Numbered from the stretch's first letter, positions 10,750 through 21,552 are shown. The stretch: DNA of 64,000 bases from an uncultured delta proteobacterium (GCA_963845145.1 CAWJQU010000015.1:32001-96000), one strand, 5' to 3'. Made by a program: numbers and translations. The notes: generated by a model not told the origin, from the sequence alone.

Positions 10750-10777
10750 TCCAGGATAGTAGATCCAGGATAGTAGA
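10750..10777. repeat. 14-bp perfect tandem duplication (TCCAGGATAGTAGA x2)
   Basis: Read directly in the divergent intergenic region. Confidence 0.85.
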
Positions 10778-10983
10778 TCAAGGGTTGGAAAATGCGCCGA
10801 ATTGTCTGATGATTCGGTATTCTACAAATCGACACGATCAAGGTCAACACCAAAAAAACAGCCCTATCCGGGAAATCAACAGGTGATTGGGTAAATCAAA
10901 CGGGTAGAAATATTCCGGATCGATGGTTATAGTATCGTCTATCAAAAATATGTGGATACTAAAATCATAAAGGACTTGTGATT

Positions 10984-13900
10984 ATGAAAACCGTTCGAAC
11001 ATATCCGTTGATCTCTATTCTATTTCTCTCTTTGCTTTTGAGCGCAAATGTTATCGCAAATACGACGGAACCACCGATCAATATCGATGTCAAGGAATTT
11101 ACCCTCGACAACGGTATGCTATTTCTGGTTGTTGAGCGCCCTGCAACGCCTCAGGTTTCCTGCCGATTGGCTATTCGAGCGGGTTCTGCCCTGGAATCCA
11201 CGGGCCGGACCGGCACCGCACATATGCTCGAGCACATGCTTTTCAAAGGTACCAAAAATTTCGGAACGCTGGATCGACAAAAGGACGCTCAACTTCAAGC
11301 GGACATAGAAGCGGCCTACCAGGCCATTGCCCAGGAACAACGAAAGCGACGGCCCGATCAAACACGGATTCAAGCAAAAATGGAAGAGATGGCCCAACTG
11401 CGCACCCAGGTTCAACAGATCTACGTCCCCCAGGCATTCTCCTCCCAGTTGGGTAAAAACGGTGCCGTGGGTGTAAACGCTTTTACCACCAAGGACCAGA
11501 CGCAATATATCACCTCCGTGCCTTCGGATATGATTGAGCAGTGGTTTTCCATTGCCAGCGAACAGATCTTCGAACCGGCCTGGCGGGAATTCTACGTTGA
11601 AAAAGATGTGGTCCAGCGCGAATGGGCGTTCCGTTATATTAACAATCCCGGCGGGGCGGCCTGGCTTGATTTGTCTTCCCTGGCGTACACCGCCCACCCG
11701 TATCGAAACCCGGTTATCGGTTGGAAGGCCGATATGGAAAATTTCAACACGCTTGCAGCCCGCACGTTTCACCAACAGTTTTATCATCCGGCTAACGCCG
11801 TTGTGGTTTTAGTGGGCGATATCACTGTGGAAAAAGCGCGTCAGCTCGCTAAAGTCTATTTCTCCCGCTATGCACCGGGCGAGCCCGCACCGGAGTCTGT
11901 TACGACCGAACCGGCCCAGCAAGGTCCCCGTGAGCAGATCCGCTATTTGAAAGGTGCACGGACACCCCTCATTCGAATCGGGTTTCACGGCGCACGTATG
12001 GGCACCAGCGATTTTTTTGCGTTGGATGCGTTGACGATGATTCTAAGCCATGGCCGAAGCGCACGCTTTACCCGTGAAGTGGTCGACAAAGGGTTGGCCG
12101 CCCAGGCCTGGGCCTATAACCCAGACAATCGGTACGGCGGCATGGTTATATTCGGAGGCTCTCCCGTAGAACAACCGGGTACGGCAACAGAAAATGCATC
12201 CGACCAGGCGAAACGCCAAAATTACCTGGACGCCTGTCGCCGGGTCGAAAAATTGTTATTGGATCAAGCCGAACGGCTCAAAACCGAACAGGTGTCATCA
12301 CGAGATCTGGCAAGAATTATCAAGCTTAATCGCCGCGATTTTATCGACCGGTTGCGGGGCAATGAGGCGCTGGCCGGTACATTGGCCACCCTGGAGGTCC
12401 AAAGTGGCTGGCGATATTTAACCGAGTATCTGGAACAAATGGAGAAAGTAACCCCGGAGATGATTCAAAAAGTCGCACAAAAATACCTCCGCGTCGAGAA
12501 CCGGACCACGGTTTTTGTCATTCCCGGCGGGACGCCTGATCAACCACCCGAGCCCTATGCCGAAAACCGCTCCGTCAGTGGGACTTCTGCGGCAACCTTA
12601 TCGCCCCCGACAGATTTCAACAACCATTCCGATTATGCGACTCCCGAAAAATGGCGGCATCCATTGTCCTTTCAACGCCAGCCTGCAAAAGTCGCCTATC
12701 CGCCGGCCGATACCGCCACAATCGAGGGGGCCCGCGTTTTTTACCTGCCCGATCGACAGCTCCCCGTTATCGAGTTAAAGGTGTTTGTAAAAGCCGGTGA
12801 AATAGATGTTCCCGAATCGCAAACAGGCTTGGCCGACCTTTTTGGCGCAACGATTATTCGAGGGGGTACACATAAGCTGACCCCGGACCAATTGGCGGTC
12901 ACACTCGATGAGAACGCCATTGACCTATCGGTGAGTGTGAATGAAGAGTCTTCGACGATTCACTTGTCGGTTTTAAAAGACGATTGGGAAAAGGGTTTGT
13001 CTTTATTAACATCCGTGTTGACCGAGCCGCGATTTGATCCTGCGGTGATTGCCACAACCCAAAAAAGGATGCTAACGGCTTTAAAACGCCAGGGGGGTAG
13101 TGCTGAAAACGTTGTTCAACGAGAATGGTTTATCTGGCATTTTAAGGGTCATCCTTACGGTCGGGACCCGCTCATGGGCCTTCAAACCATTCCAACCCTT
13201 ACGACAACCGATTTGACGCACTTCTTGAAACGATTTTTTGTACCGGCCAATATGGTGATCGCCGTCTCCGGTGACATCTCCAAAGAGAAGGCGCACCAGG
13301 GGATAACCCGCCTATTGGCATCCTTGCCGGATGAACCGGCGTTTCAGCGGGCCGTGACGCCGCCAAAAGATACGCCGCCGGTCCTGGCTTTGATCCACAA
13401 ACCCGGCCAGGTGCAATCCCAGGTCATGCTGGGTATGACGGGAATTCAACGCACCCATCCCGACTTCTGGAAACTACGCCTACTTACCGACATTTTGGGG
13501 GGGAAAGATTCGCTCATGTATAAACGGTTGCGCGATGACCTGGGTCTGGTTTATTCGGCCGGGTTTTTTCAGACTTATCGATGGCAGGCAGGCATGCTCA
13601 TGGGCTACATCGGCTGCAGGGGGGATAAGACCGACCAGGCCATAACCGAAACCATTCGCCTTATCAACACCCTTACCTCGGACGTCCCAACATCTGATTT
13701 CACACTAAAACGATTGGATGCCCTAAACAGTTTCGTGTTTAATGTGGACTCACCGGATGCGTTGGTTTCGACCTATGCCCGCTATTTCATGCGCGACGAG
13801 CCGATGGACACTCTGGAAAGAATTCAGGAACAGTTTATTAGCGCAAAACAAGAAGAACTGGTTCGATTGGCCGGAGACCACTTCGATACCAGCCGGCTCC

Positions 13901-14031
13901 AGATAGTGGTGGTGGGCGATAAAACGACCCCGGTCAGACAGGCAGATGGGACCCAGACCACGCTTGAAGGGTCGCTAAAACATCTGGCGCAACAGACGGG
14001 GCTGCCATACAAGGAGTTGGCCCTTCGTTAA
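10984..14031 (+). CDS. M16 (insulinase/pitrilysin) zinc peptidase, two-module fusion with signal peptide
   Basis: HMLEH (HxxEH) and NAFTTKDQT motifs. Inactive second M16 module with LRDDLGLVYS. Confidence 0.92.
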   Translation: MKTVRTYPLISILFLSLLLSANVIANTTEPPINIDVKEFTLDNGMLFLVVERPATPQVSCRLAIRAGSALESTGRTGTAHMLEHMLFKGTKNFGTLDRQKDAQLQADIEAAYQAIAQEQRKRRPDQTRIQAKMEEMAQLRTQVQQIYVPQAFSSQLGKNGAVGVNAFTTKDQTQYITSVPSDMIEQWFSIASEQIFEPAWREFYVEKDVVQREWAFRYINNPGGAAWLDLSSLAYTAHPYRNPVIGWKADMENFNTLAARTFHQQFYHPANAVVVLVGDITVEKARQLAKVYFSRYAPGEPAPESVTTEPAQQGPREQIRYLKGARTPLIRIGFHGARMGTSDFFALDALTMILSHGRSARFTREVVDKGLAAQAWAYNPDNRYGGMVIFGGSPVEQPGTATENASDQAKRQNYLDACRRVEKLLLDQAERLKTEQVSSRDLARIIKLNRRDFIDRLRGNEALAGTLATLEVQSGWRYLTEYLEQMEKVTPEMIQKVAQKYLRVENRTTVFVIPGGTPDQPPEPYAENRSVSGTSAATLSPPTDFNNHSDYATPEKWRHPLSFQRQPAKVAYPPADTATIEGARVFYLPDRQLPVIELKVFVKAGEIDVPESQTGLADLFGATIIRGGTHKLTPDQLAVTLDENAIDLSVSVNEESSTIHLSVLKDDWEKGLSLLTSVLTEPRFDPAVIATTQKRMLTALKRQGGSAENVVQREWFIWHFKGHPYGRDPLMGLQTIPTLTTTDLTHFLKRFFVPANMVIAVSGDISKEKAHQGITRLLASLPDEPAFQRAVTPPKDTPPVLALIHKPGQVQSQVMLGMTGIQRTHPDFWKLRLLTDILGGKDSLMYKRLRDDLGLVYSAGFFQTYRWQAGMLMGYIGCRGDKTDQAITETIRLINTLTSDVPTSDFTLKRLDALNSFVFNVDSPDALVSTYARYFMRDEPMDTLERIQEQFISAKQEELVRLAGDHFDTSRLQIVVVGDKTTPVRQADGTQTTLEGSLKHLAQQTGLPYKELALR

Positions 14032-14059
14032 ACGGACAAGGCTCTAAAGGCTCTATCGG

Positions 14060-15310
14060 TTACTCGTGTCGTAAAGCGGCCACCGGGTCCATACGTGCCG
14101 CTTGAACCGCAGGATAAAGCCCAAAGAACAACCCGGCCAGCACCGACATCACAAGCGGTGCGGTGATGGCCCAAGGGGTAATCAGGGTATGCCATCCGGA
14201 AAGATGGGCGATCATCGCCACGGCCCCGATTCCAGCGACGATACCGATCAATCCGCCGGTAAAGGTCAATATCACCGCCTCCACCAGGAATTGAACCACG
14301 ATATCGTAGCGATTGGCCCCCACCGCCCGGCGGATCCCGATCTCACGTGTCCGCTCGGTGACGGTTGCCAGCATGATATTCATAATACCGATACCACCCA
14401 CCAGCAGAGAGACGCCGGCAATGGCTCCCAGAACCATGTTAAAGGTACGCTGGGTCTTCTGTGCCTGTTGCAACAACTCACGGGGAATGACCATCTGGTA
14501 GTCTTTGACATTGTTATGCGTCACCTGGACGATTCGCTCAACGACATTTGCCGTATTAAGCACCTGGTCCATATGGTGAACTTGTATAATGATCTCGGAC
14601 AATCCCCGTTCTTCGTCCATCGTTTCACGGTTTCCCGGCCGAATCAAACTCGATTCCGTACCCAGAGGGATAAAAATCATCTCATTGTAATTACGCACCG
14701 CAATGGCTTTCACCTTGGGATCTTTCCGGTGAAATCGGCCCAAAATTCCGATAATTCGGAATAAATGATTTTCGATTCTTACATATTGGCCCAGTTTCCC
14801 GCGCACACCCAGGCCGGCGGCAACAGCGCTTCCCAACACACAGACCATGTGTTTTTGTTGAACATCCATAGGACCGATGAAACGTCCCTGGAAGAGTTCC
14901 AAATTTTGAATGCTACCATAAGCGGCTGCAATCGCCACCGTTTGGGGGGAGACCTCGCCGCGAATATCCGGAATGGTTGCAGAGATCTCCTTTAGCGCGG
15001 CCACACGCTCTACGCCGGGAACGCCGTTTTGAATCTGAGTAATATCCCGCAACGTTAATCCAGCGGAAAGGCCTGCACGTGCCTTTCGTTGCTGATCCGG
15101 GGTGAGACGCACCGCCTTGAGATAGATATTTCGCGTACCCAATTGTTCAATCTGCCCCACGAGTTCCTGCTTGGCCCCTTCTCCAATGGAAATCATGGAT
15201 AAGACGGCCATGACGCCACATACGATTCCAAGGACACTTAACAATGACCTTAACTTATGCTGGCGCAAGGAGCGAATGGCCGTGCGGCCCGTTTTTATCC
15301 ATTTACCCAT
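14060..15310 (-). CDS. MacB/FtsX-type ABC permease
   Basis: KLRSLLSVLGIVCGV and SLLVGGIGIMNIMLATVTERTREIGIRRAVGA. Confidence 0.93.
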   Translation of the reverse strand: MGKWIKTGRTAIRSLRQHKLRSLLSVLGIVCGVMAVLSMISIGEGAKQELVGQIEQLGTRNIYLKAVRLTPDQQRKARAGLSAGLTLRDITQIQNGVPGVERVAALKEISATIPDIRGEVSPQTVAIAAAYGSIQNLELFQGRFIGPMDVQQKHMVCVLGSAVAAGLGVRGKLGQYVRIENHLFRIIGILGRFHRKDPKVKAIAVRNYNEMIFIPLGTESSLIRPGNRETMDEERGLSEIIIQVHHMDQVLNTANVVERIVQVTHNNVKDYQMVIPRELLQQAQKTQRTFNMVLGAIAGVSLLVGGIGIMNIMLATVTERTREIGIRRAVGANRYDIVVQFLVEAVILTFTGGLIGIVAGIGAVAMIAHLSGWHTLITPWAITAPLVMSVLAGLFFGLYPAVQAARMDPVAALRHE

Positions 15311-16011
15311 TAAATAATTTTTCCATCGATCATACGAATGCGCCTTTGGGCTTGTTTGGCCACATTCGGATCGTGTGTCACCATCACAATGGTGGCGCCT
15401 TGCTGATGGAGTTGTTTGAAAAGTGAAAGGATTTCAGCTCCCGTATCCGTATCCAGATTTCCGGTGGGCTCATCGGCCAGGATCAACTTCGGCCGAATGG
15501 ATATCGCCCGGGCGATGGCCACCCGTTGCATCTCGCCTCCGGAGAGTTGGGCCGGTTTATGGCTAAGCCTTTCACCAAGGCCAACCTGCTGAACCGCTTC
15601 TGTAATTCGTTGATGTGCCGCAGCGGTATTCATGGAATTGTATATAAAGGGCAATGCAACATTTTCATAAATATTGAGTGTGGAGACCAAGTTGAAGGTC
15701 TGAAACACAAAACCGATTTTCGTTGCCCGAAGGTGGGATAATTCACGGTCTGTGGCATGTAACATATCGTTGCCGTCAAACCGATAGTCGCCTTCGGAAG
15801 GGTGATCCAGGCATCCTAAGATGTGAAGCAAGGTGGATTTACCGGACCCGGATGGGCCCATGACCGTAACAAACTCGCCGGCCTGAACTGAAAAGTTAAT
15901 ATGGTTTAAAATCGACAGGCGTTTTTTACCGACGGTGTATGCTTTGCTGATATCGACCGCATGAACCAAACAAGGGGTTTTCGTTTCAACGAGTTGGGAA
16001 GTCGCAGCCAC
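15310..16011 (-). CDS. ABC transporter ATP-binding protein (MacB/LolD type)
   Basis: [23 protein letters not shown] and [10 protein letters not shown]. Confidence 0.95.
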   Translation of the reverse strand: MAATSQLVETKTPCLVHAVDISKAYTVGKKRLSILNHINFSVQAGEFVTVMGPSGSGKSTLLHILGCLDHPSEGDYRFDGNDMLHATDRELSHLRATKIGFVFQTFNLVSTLNIYENVALPFIYNSMNTAAAHQRITEAVQQVGLGERLSHKPAQLSGGEMQRVAIARAISIRPKLILADEPTGNLDTDTGAEILSLFKQLHQQGATIVMVTHDPNVAKQAQRRIRMIDGKII

Positions 16012-16018
16012 AGATGGC

Positions 16019-17473
16019 TTAGTTTACCATTTCGGGGGCGGGTTTTACCAGGCTAACCCGATCACCCGCTTCGAGTCCGGATAGAATCTGAGCAAAATCC
16101 TCATTCTGATTCCCAATGGTAATCTTCCGTTTTTTAAACTGGCGCCCCTCGAAAAGGTAGCAATAATTATGCTTAATTTCAGGAAATATCGCCTGAACCG
16201 GGATAGACAGCGTATTTCTGAGCTGATCACTTAAAATTGTGGAGCGGGCGGTCATGCCGGGGCGGAGTCTTGAGTCTTGACCTTCTACCGCAATCGTGGT
16301 CTGAAAATACTTCTCCCCCATGCCACCTTCATATCCGGTGGTTGCCAATACGCCAACCAATGCGACTTTTCCTTTAAAAATGACCTCGGGGTAGGCGTCC
16401 ACAGAAATAAGGCAATCCTGATCAAGGGTTAACTTATGCAGATCGATTTCCCTGACCTTTGTCTTAACGACCATGGAAGTAATATCAGGAAGATACAATA
16501 GGGGCTGGTTCTGCCAGATTTTGTCACCCACCCGCGGTTTTCTTTTTTGACCGTTCCGAAATGCTTCAAATAAAATCGCGATGCCCTGAAACGGGGCCTT
16601 GATGACGGCATCTTCCAATTCTTTTTCAGCGCGTACCAGCCCGGTCTCGATTACCGCCAACTTACTTTTCGATTTGTTTAGCGCAGCTGCCGCTTTGGCA
16701 ATTTTATAAACACTTCCGGTTTTTGTCTGCTCTAGCTCCATGAGGGCTTTCTCGATCTTGGCCTGGGAGGCCTCAATGAGTGAGGGCAGTACATGTTCTT
16801 TATAGCTGATATATTTGCTTTCGGCGCTAGCCTGTTTCTCTTTTAGTTCGGATAGCTTCTTTCTTGCCAGGGTCAATTCGGTCGGGTTGCTTAAACCGCC
16901 GGCATTCAGCTTTTCAAGGTCACCGATGTAAGCAACATACTTTTCCTGTTCCTGTCGGGCCTTCTCCATATCCGTTTGATACTGAGTGAGCTGGATGGGC
17001 CCATCACCCTTAATCAACCTATCATGGTCGAGCTTGGCGACCTTAACATTGTATTCAGCGGTCTTGATCTCTCTTTCGACCTGATTTTTCTCCCATTTTA
17101 GAATCTGCTCTTCCGCCTCACCGGCCGCTTCCAGATTTCGAACCTCATCGTTCAGGCGAAGAATGGCTTCATCAAAAGGCGTCGGATCAAGCCTAACCAG
17201 AACATCACCTTTTTTAACATGGCTACCATCATCAATCAGATAGATAATTTTACCCTTATCACCACGTACGGAGGATGAAACCATGTGTGACCGTGCCGCA
17301 TCCAACACGCCAACGGTGCGGACCTCAATATCAAAATCTCTGGCCGTAGCCATGGCCAGCTGTTGCTCGTCCTGATCCCCATTTCCAGCCCTGTTTAACT
17401 TTGCCCCCAGAAGCCCGAGGACAACCAGGCAAAAAATGAGAATGATCAGCTTTGTGATGCTATTGAATTTCAA
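16019..17473 (-). CDS. Periplasmic adaptor (MacA/HlyD type) with long coiled-coil hairpin
   Basis: N-terminal TM, VKKGDVLVRLD lipoyl half, IKAPFQG, LRPGMTA and SGLEAGDRV. Confidence 0.9.
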   Translation of the reverse strand: MKFNSITKLIILIFCLVVLGLLGAKLNRAGNGDQDEQQLAMATARDFDIEVRTVGVLDAARSHMVSSSVRGDKGKIIYLIDDGSHVKKGDVLVRLDPTPFDEAILRLNDEVRNLEAAGEAEEQILKWEKNQVEREIKTAEYNVKVAKLDHDRLIKGDGPIQLTQYQTDMEKARQEQEKYVAYIGDLEKLNAGGLSNPTELTLARKKLSELKEKQASAESKYISYKEHVLPSLIEASQAKIEKALMELEQTKTGSVYKIAKAAAALNKSKSKLAVIETGLVRAEKELEDAVIKAPFQGIAILFEAFRNGQKRKPRVGDKIWQNQPLLYLPDITSMVVKTKVREIDLHKLTLDQDCLISVDAYPEVIFKGKVALVGVLATTGYEGGMGEKYFQTTIAVEGQDSRLRPGMTARSTILSDQLRNTLSIPVQAIFPEIKHNYCYLFEGRQFKKRKITIGNQNEDFAQILSGLEAGDRVSLVKPAPEMVN

Positions 17474-17553
17474 AGGTGTAGACCTTTTGTATCCTTAACG
17501 ATAGATTAAAATCATTGTATATACAGTCGTCATATTTTTTACCGACATTATTT

Positions 17554-18759
17554 CTATAAACACCACCAGGGAACTTCGCTAACCATTGATCTTTTCCCAT
17601 ATATTTCATTGCCCCTATAAATGATAAACCCCTTTTTTGAAATGTTTCCCTCTAACTTCATCCAGGATAACAGGTTAGACTTCATACCGGGGCTGACCGT
17701 TTTAGACGCTTTTATTTCAATGGGTAAAAGGCCCGAATTCATTTCCAAGAGCAGATCAATTTCGTTACCGGTTTTATCTCTCCAGAAATAAAAGGGCGAT
17801 TTTTCTCCAGTGTGATTAACTCTTTTATAAAGCTCACTGATTACAAATGTTTCAAAAATACTTCCCCATAGCGGGTGGCCGATTAGCTCCTTTGGTTTTC
17901 TAATAGATAAAAGGAACGAAAGAATACCTGTATCGGTAAAGTATAGTTTTGGCGTTTTCACGATCCTTTTTTTGAAATTTCGATAGTAGGGAGCAAGTAA
18001 AAAAAGAATCCCACTTGTTTCAAGAAGGGATATCCACTTCTTGGCTGTAGGCTGTGACACACCAATTGCATTTGATATTGTCGTATAATTAATGAGTTGA
18101 CCTGACATGGATGCGCAAATTTTTAAAAAATCTTCAAATAGCTTCAAGTTTTCTACATTTACTAAGCTACGGATATCTCTTTCGACATACGTAAGGATAT
18201 AATTCTCGATCCATTTGCGTGCATCCAAATTTTTATCATGAATTCTAGGATACATGCCGGTGAAAATCGTTTGGTAGATATCAATTTCGCGGCCATTTTC
18301 AATATATCCCGGCTTTATCGTGAATATGGATTCAATATCTTTTTCCGGCATTGCCTCATGAAGCTCATTCATCGAAAATGGGAATAACTGAAAAGTAATA
18401 ATCCGCCCCGCCAGCGACTGAGATATTTTTTCCATGAGGAGGAATTGTTGAGAACCGGTGAGAACATAAGTGGCTGCGGATTCATCGCTGTCTACCCTTT
18501 CCTGAAGATATGGAAAAAGGGAAGGAACTCTTTGAATTTCGTCCAGGACAAGGTTTTTACCATAATCATCAAGAAACCCGCGTGGATCATCCTGAGCCAT
18601 ATGGCGAAGGTCAAGATTTTCCATTGACAGATATGTATGACCTGGGAACATATATCTGGCCAAAGTGGTTTTCCCGCTCTGCCTCGGTCCAACAATGGCA
18701 ACGACCGGATATTCCTTGGAATATTTTCCAATTGCATGTTCAAGGTTTCTTCGGATCAT
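17554..18759 (-). CDS. AAA_14 ATPase with DUF4143 (COG1373-like)
   Basis: GPRQSGKTT, LDEIQ, LTGSQQ, KTPKLYFTDTG and C-terminal EIDLL...EIK (PD-(D/E)xK-like). More AT-rich than its flanks. Confidence 0.92.
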   Translation of the reverse strand: MIRRNLEHAIGKYSKEYPVVAIVGPRQSGKTTLARYMFPGHTYLSMENLDLRHMAQDDPRGFLDDYGKNLVLDEIQRVPSLFPYLQERVDSDESAATYVLTGSQQFLLMEKISQSLAGRIITFQLFPFSMNELHEAMPEKDIESIFTIKPGYIENGREIDIYQTIFTGMYPRIHDKNLDARKWIENYILTYVERDIRSLVNVENLKLFEDFLKICASMSGQLINYTTISNAIGVSQPTAKKWISLLETSGILFLLAPYYRNFKKRIVKTPKLYFTDTGILSFLLSIRKPKELIGHPLWGSIFETFVISELYKRVNHTGEKSPFYFWRDKTGNEIDLLLEMNSGLLPIEIKASKTVSPGMKSNLLSWMKLEGNISKKGFIIYRGNEIYGKRSMVSEVPWWCL

Positions 18760-18765
18760 TGTCCA

Positions 18766-18794
18766 AATCTAAAGTTTAATTTTTGTTTTGTCAA
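18766..18794 (-). promoter_or_regulatory. Sigma70-type promoter of the AAA gene, apparently leaderless
   Basis: TTGACA, 17 nt, TAGATT, then 6 nt to the ATG at 18759. No RBS. Confidence 0.6.
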
Positions 18795-18810
18795 CATAAA
18801 TGGTGGATTT

Positions 18811-20247
18811 TCACCGCTCGATCAGGGTGCCCAAAACAGATCGCAAACGATAAGTTCCCACAATATAGTCGATTTCGGTGGCGAGCAGATCGACCTGGGC
18901 CCGTTGGCGCTCAGTTTCCGCTTCGATGACGTCAAAGTTATCGGCCATATCATAGTTGAATTTTACCTTGGCCAGGGCAAGCTTGGCTTCCGCCTGACCG
19001 GCCTGGTCCCGTCGAATCTGGATCCTTTCCAGATTTTTATCCAGTGCCTGCAACTGCCGTCGCACCTCCAATTTAATTTGATCTTGCTGCTGGGTAAGAT
19101 TTAACTGCGCCGTCTTGACGTTTAGCATGCTTTGGCGGCGCGCAACTTTTTCACGACTGCGGGCCCAGTCCGTATCGCTGGTCAGATTGATTGCCCAGCG
19201 ATCTTCGCCCGAAGTGACGCTTTCACTGAATTCATCCGAAAAACCGAATCGTTTGTAATCCATAACCAGATCTAACCGGGGCAACAGGTTATGTTTCGCA
19301 AGGTCGGCGTTTCTTTGGGATTCCGTAATATCGTCCTTACGTTGATCAATTTCAATCCGATGCGACAGGGCCACTTCGGTAGCATCTTTTAGCGCGATAC
19401 CTATCGGTTCGAATGACATCGGTGTGGAAACAGAAAAGTCTTTTTCCAAAGGAAAAGATAGGATAAGCTTTAACCGATCTTCAGCATTCGATAACGCTTC
19501 CTTGGCAGAGGCCAGGCTGTTTTCAGCGTCCTTTTTCCGAATTTGGGCCCGATAAATATCAATGGGCGTGGCCAGGCCAACCCTTTCCTTGATTTTGGCT
19601 GTGGCGGCATGTCCTTCTAACCGGTCCCGCTGAAACGAATACATTTTCACCAGTTCCGCTTGCTTGGCTATATCATAGGCGGCTGCGACAGTGTCCAACA
19701 CCACATTGACACGGTTTTTGTAAATCGTTCGTTCAGATGACCGCAGGGAAAACCGAGAACCATATACGGAATCAAGATTTACTTTTTTACCAACACCCCT
19801 TAACAGCGGAATGCCAAGAGACACCGCCGTGGTGCCGGCATACTCATCCTCCGCCCATTCGAACCCCGGTGAAAGCGATGCTCGAATACCGGAATAAAAT
19901 TTTTTTCCAAAACCAATCCCGCCCCCAATGGTCTCTCTTCCGTCGTCAATTCCCACGCGACTGAAAGGCCTAATTTTGACATCAAATTCAGATCGAACGG
20001 ATTCAAGCGAAAGTTGCTGGTTTTGCAAACTATACCCTGATTGAAGTAAATTCCGATTGGCCCTTAAAGCGTAATCGATGGCTTCGGTTAGCGTTAAGGA
20101 TACAGTGGCTGTTTCAGCCGATGATACGGGTTTGAAAGCCTGTGAATATACGTCCAGTGAAAACATACAAAGAAAAGCGATAAGAATCGTACAAGTTCGT
20201 ATGAAACGTTTGGATGCCATTGTAATATCGCCTGAGCCAATCAACAT
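18811..20247 (-). CDS. TolC-family outer-membrane factor
   Basis: Signal peptide, LTLTEAIDYALRAN, two OEP-like halves, LPRLDL and DVIEAE. True start may be the second Met (20220). Confidence 0.88.
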   Translation of the reverse strand: MLIGSGDITMASKRFIRTCTILIAFLCMFSLDVYSQAFKPVSSAETATVSLTLTEAIDYALRANRNLLQSGYSLQNQQLSLESVRSEFDVKIRPFSRVGIDDGRETIGGGIGFGKKFYSGIRASLSPGFEWAEDEYAGTTAVSLGIPLLRGVGKKVNLDSVYGSRFSLRSSERTIYKNRVNVVLDTVAAAYDIAKQAELVKMYSFQRDRLEGHAATAKIKERVGLATPIDIYRAQIRKKDAENSLASAKEALSNAEDRLKLILSFPLEKDFSVSTPMSFEPIGIALKDATEVALSHRIEIDQRKDDITESQRNADLAKHNLLPRLDLVMDYKRFGFSDEFSESVTSGEDRWAINLTSDTDWARSREKVARRQSMLNVKTAQLNLTQQQDQIKLEVRRQLQALDKNLERIQIRRDQAGQAEAKLALAKVKFNYDMADNFDVIEAETERQRAQVDLLATEIDYIVGTYRLRSVLGTLIER

Positions 20248-20275
20248 TTTTTTGAAATAACCAATTATTATAATG

Positions 20276-20301
20276 AAAAAGGGGGATTATCAACCCCCCT
20301 T
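20276..20301 (-). terminator. Putative intrinsic terminator between the CsgG module and tolC
   Basis: Minus strand reads AAGGGGG-loop-CCCCCTT followed by Ts. Confidence 0.6.
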
Positions 20302-20346
20302 CATTCTAATTTTCAGGACGATTAAAAAATCGCTCCAAAAATATTG

Positions 20347-21519
20347 CTATGGACAATTTACAGTAAAACTCCACGACGTAAATGATCCTCCGGAACAGTT
20401 GGGAAATACATTGACTCTAATCACCTCAGCACTACCGGAATACGTAATAGGGACTCTCCTGTCACCCCGGGTGCCGACGCAACCGGAATCGAAAAGCACC
20501 CTACCCTCATAAGCCACTTGCATTCTATCGCGTACAGCAACGGTATCGTATTGAAATATGAATGTACCTGAGCTTTGTCCAAGATAAATCGTATGCGATT
20601 CAGGCGCATTGCTACCTTCTTGTGTTTCTTGATTACATGGCACTGAACCGGCAGGGCCCTCATCATCGTCATCATCACTACTCGCCGCCGCGATACCCGC
20701 CGCAGCGCCTCCCCCTATGACCACCGCTGTCCCCAAACCGATCCCAACCACGGCTGCTGTCGATAAACCGGTAGAGGCGGCAATCGTTCCGGCGGAAGAA
20801 GCACCCGTGGCCGAGGTCCCGCCAATAGTAGCGACCTGTTCGGCCGTGTAAATACCTTCAGCCAACACGCCGTAGCTAGATGCTGCCGGCACCTGGGATA
20901 CGGTAATCCCATCATAAAAACCTTTTAAGGAAGCAAGCGATTCATCCACTTCGGTTAAAACCGTCATGACATCCTGGGACTCAATTTGATACTTGGCCTT
21001 TTTTTTACGATACTTTTCACGAAGCACTTTTCGTAAGGCTTCATATTCTTCTACTGCTTCCTGGGCTCTATCTATCCGTACCTCTTCAACCTCGCTGGCG
21101 TCTTGCCACTCCGCCGCTTCATCTGTTTCAGCCTCTACAATTTTGAAAATTTGCGTTCTTGTTACCTGTTTCGCCTTATTGACCGAGACGAATGTATACT
21201 CGATGAATTCCGAATTTACCCAGGGTGCCGGTAATATAGCCTGGTATTCGTTGCTGTCGATTTGATTGAGGTTGACAAAAGTATAGACTTTATCATTTTT
21301 AGCTTTAAAGTAGCACCGCTTCGCTAAAAGGCCTGTTTTATCTTTTATCTTGGCGTCCAATTGGATCCGAAAACCAGGGATGTACTCATCCTTAGGGGGT
21401 TTGTGTTTTATTTTGGTTTTTACGCCTTCTGCTGCCGCCCAAATCGTTTGCGCCGGAATCGCTAAAAAGATGATGAGCGTCACTGCCAGAAATTTTACAA
21501 ACAAACGCTTTTTCCCCAT
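20347..21519 (-). CDS. Hypothetical secreted protein (Ig-like N domain, Gly/Ala hydrophobic segment, poly-Asp, Cys-containing beta C domain)
   Basis: GGAGG RBS, signal peptide, GIGLGTAVVIGGGAAAGIAAASSDDDDDEG, ends FTVNCP. Confidence 0.85.
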   Translation of the reverse strand: MGKKRLFVKFLAVTLIIFLAIPAQTIWAAAEGVKTKIKHKPPKDEYIPGFRIQLDAKIKDKTGLLAKRCYFKAKNDKVYTFVNLNQIDSNEYQAILPAPWVNSEFIEYTFVSVNKAKQVTRTQIFKIVEAETDEAAEWQDASEVEEVRIDRAQEAVEEYEALRKVLREKYRKKKAKYQIESQDVMTVLTEVDESLASLKGFYDGITVSQVPAASSYGVLAEGIYTAEQVATIGGTSATGASSAGTIAASTGLSTAAVVGIGLGTAVVIGGGAAAGIAAASSDDDDDEGPAGSVPCNQETQEGSNAPESHTIYLGQSSGTFIFQYDTVAVRDRMQVAYEGRVLFDSGCVGTRGDRRVPITYSGSAEVIRVNVFPNCSGGSFTSWSFTVNCP

Positions 21520-21552
21520 CTAACCCTCCTTTTTTAATTTACCTTTAGTCAA

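Noticed and set aside
10984..14031. M16 peptidase as part of the CsgG/MacAB locus
   Set aside because: It is on the opposite strand, convergent and separately promoted. Adjacency is the only evidence.
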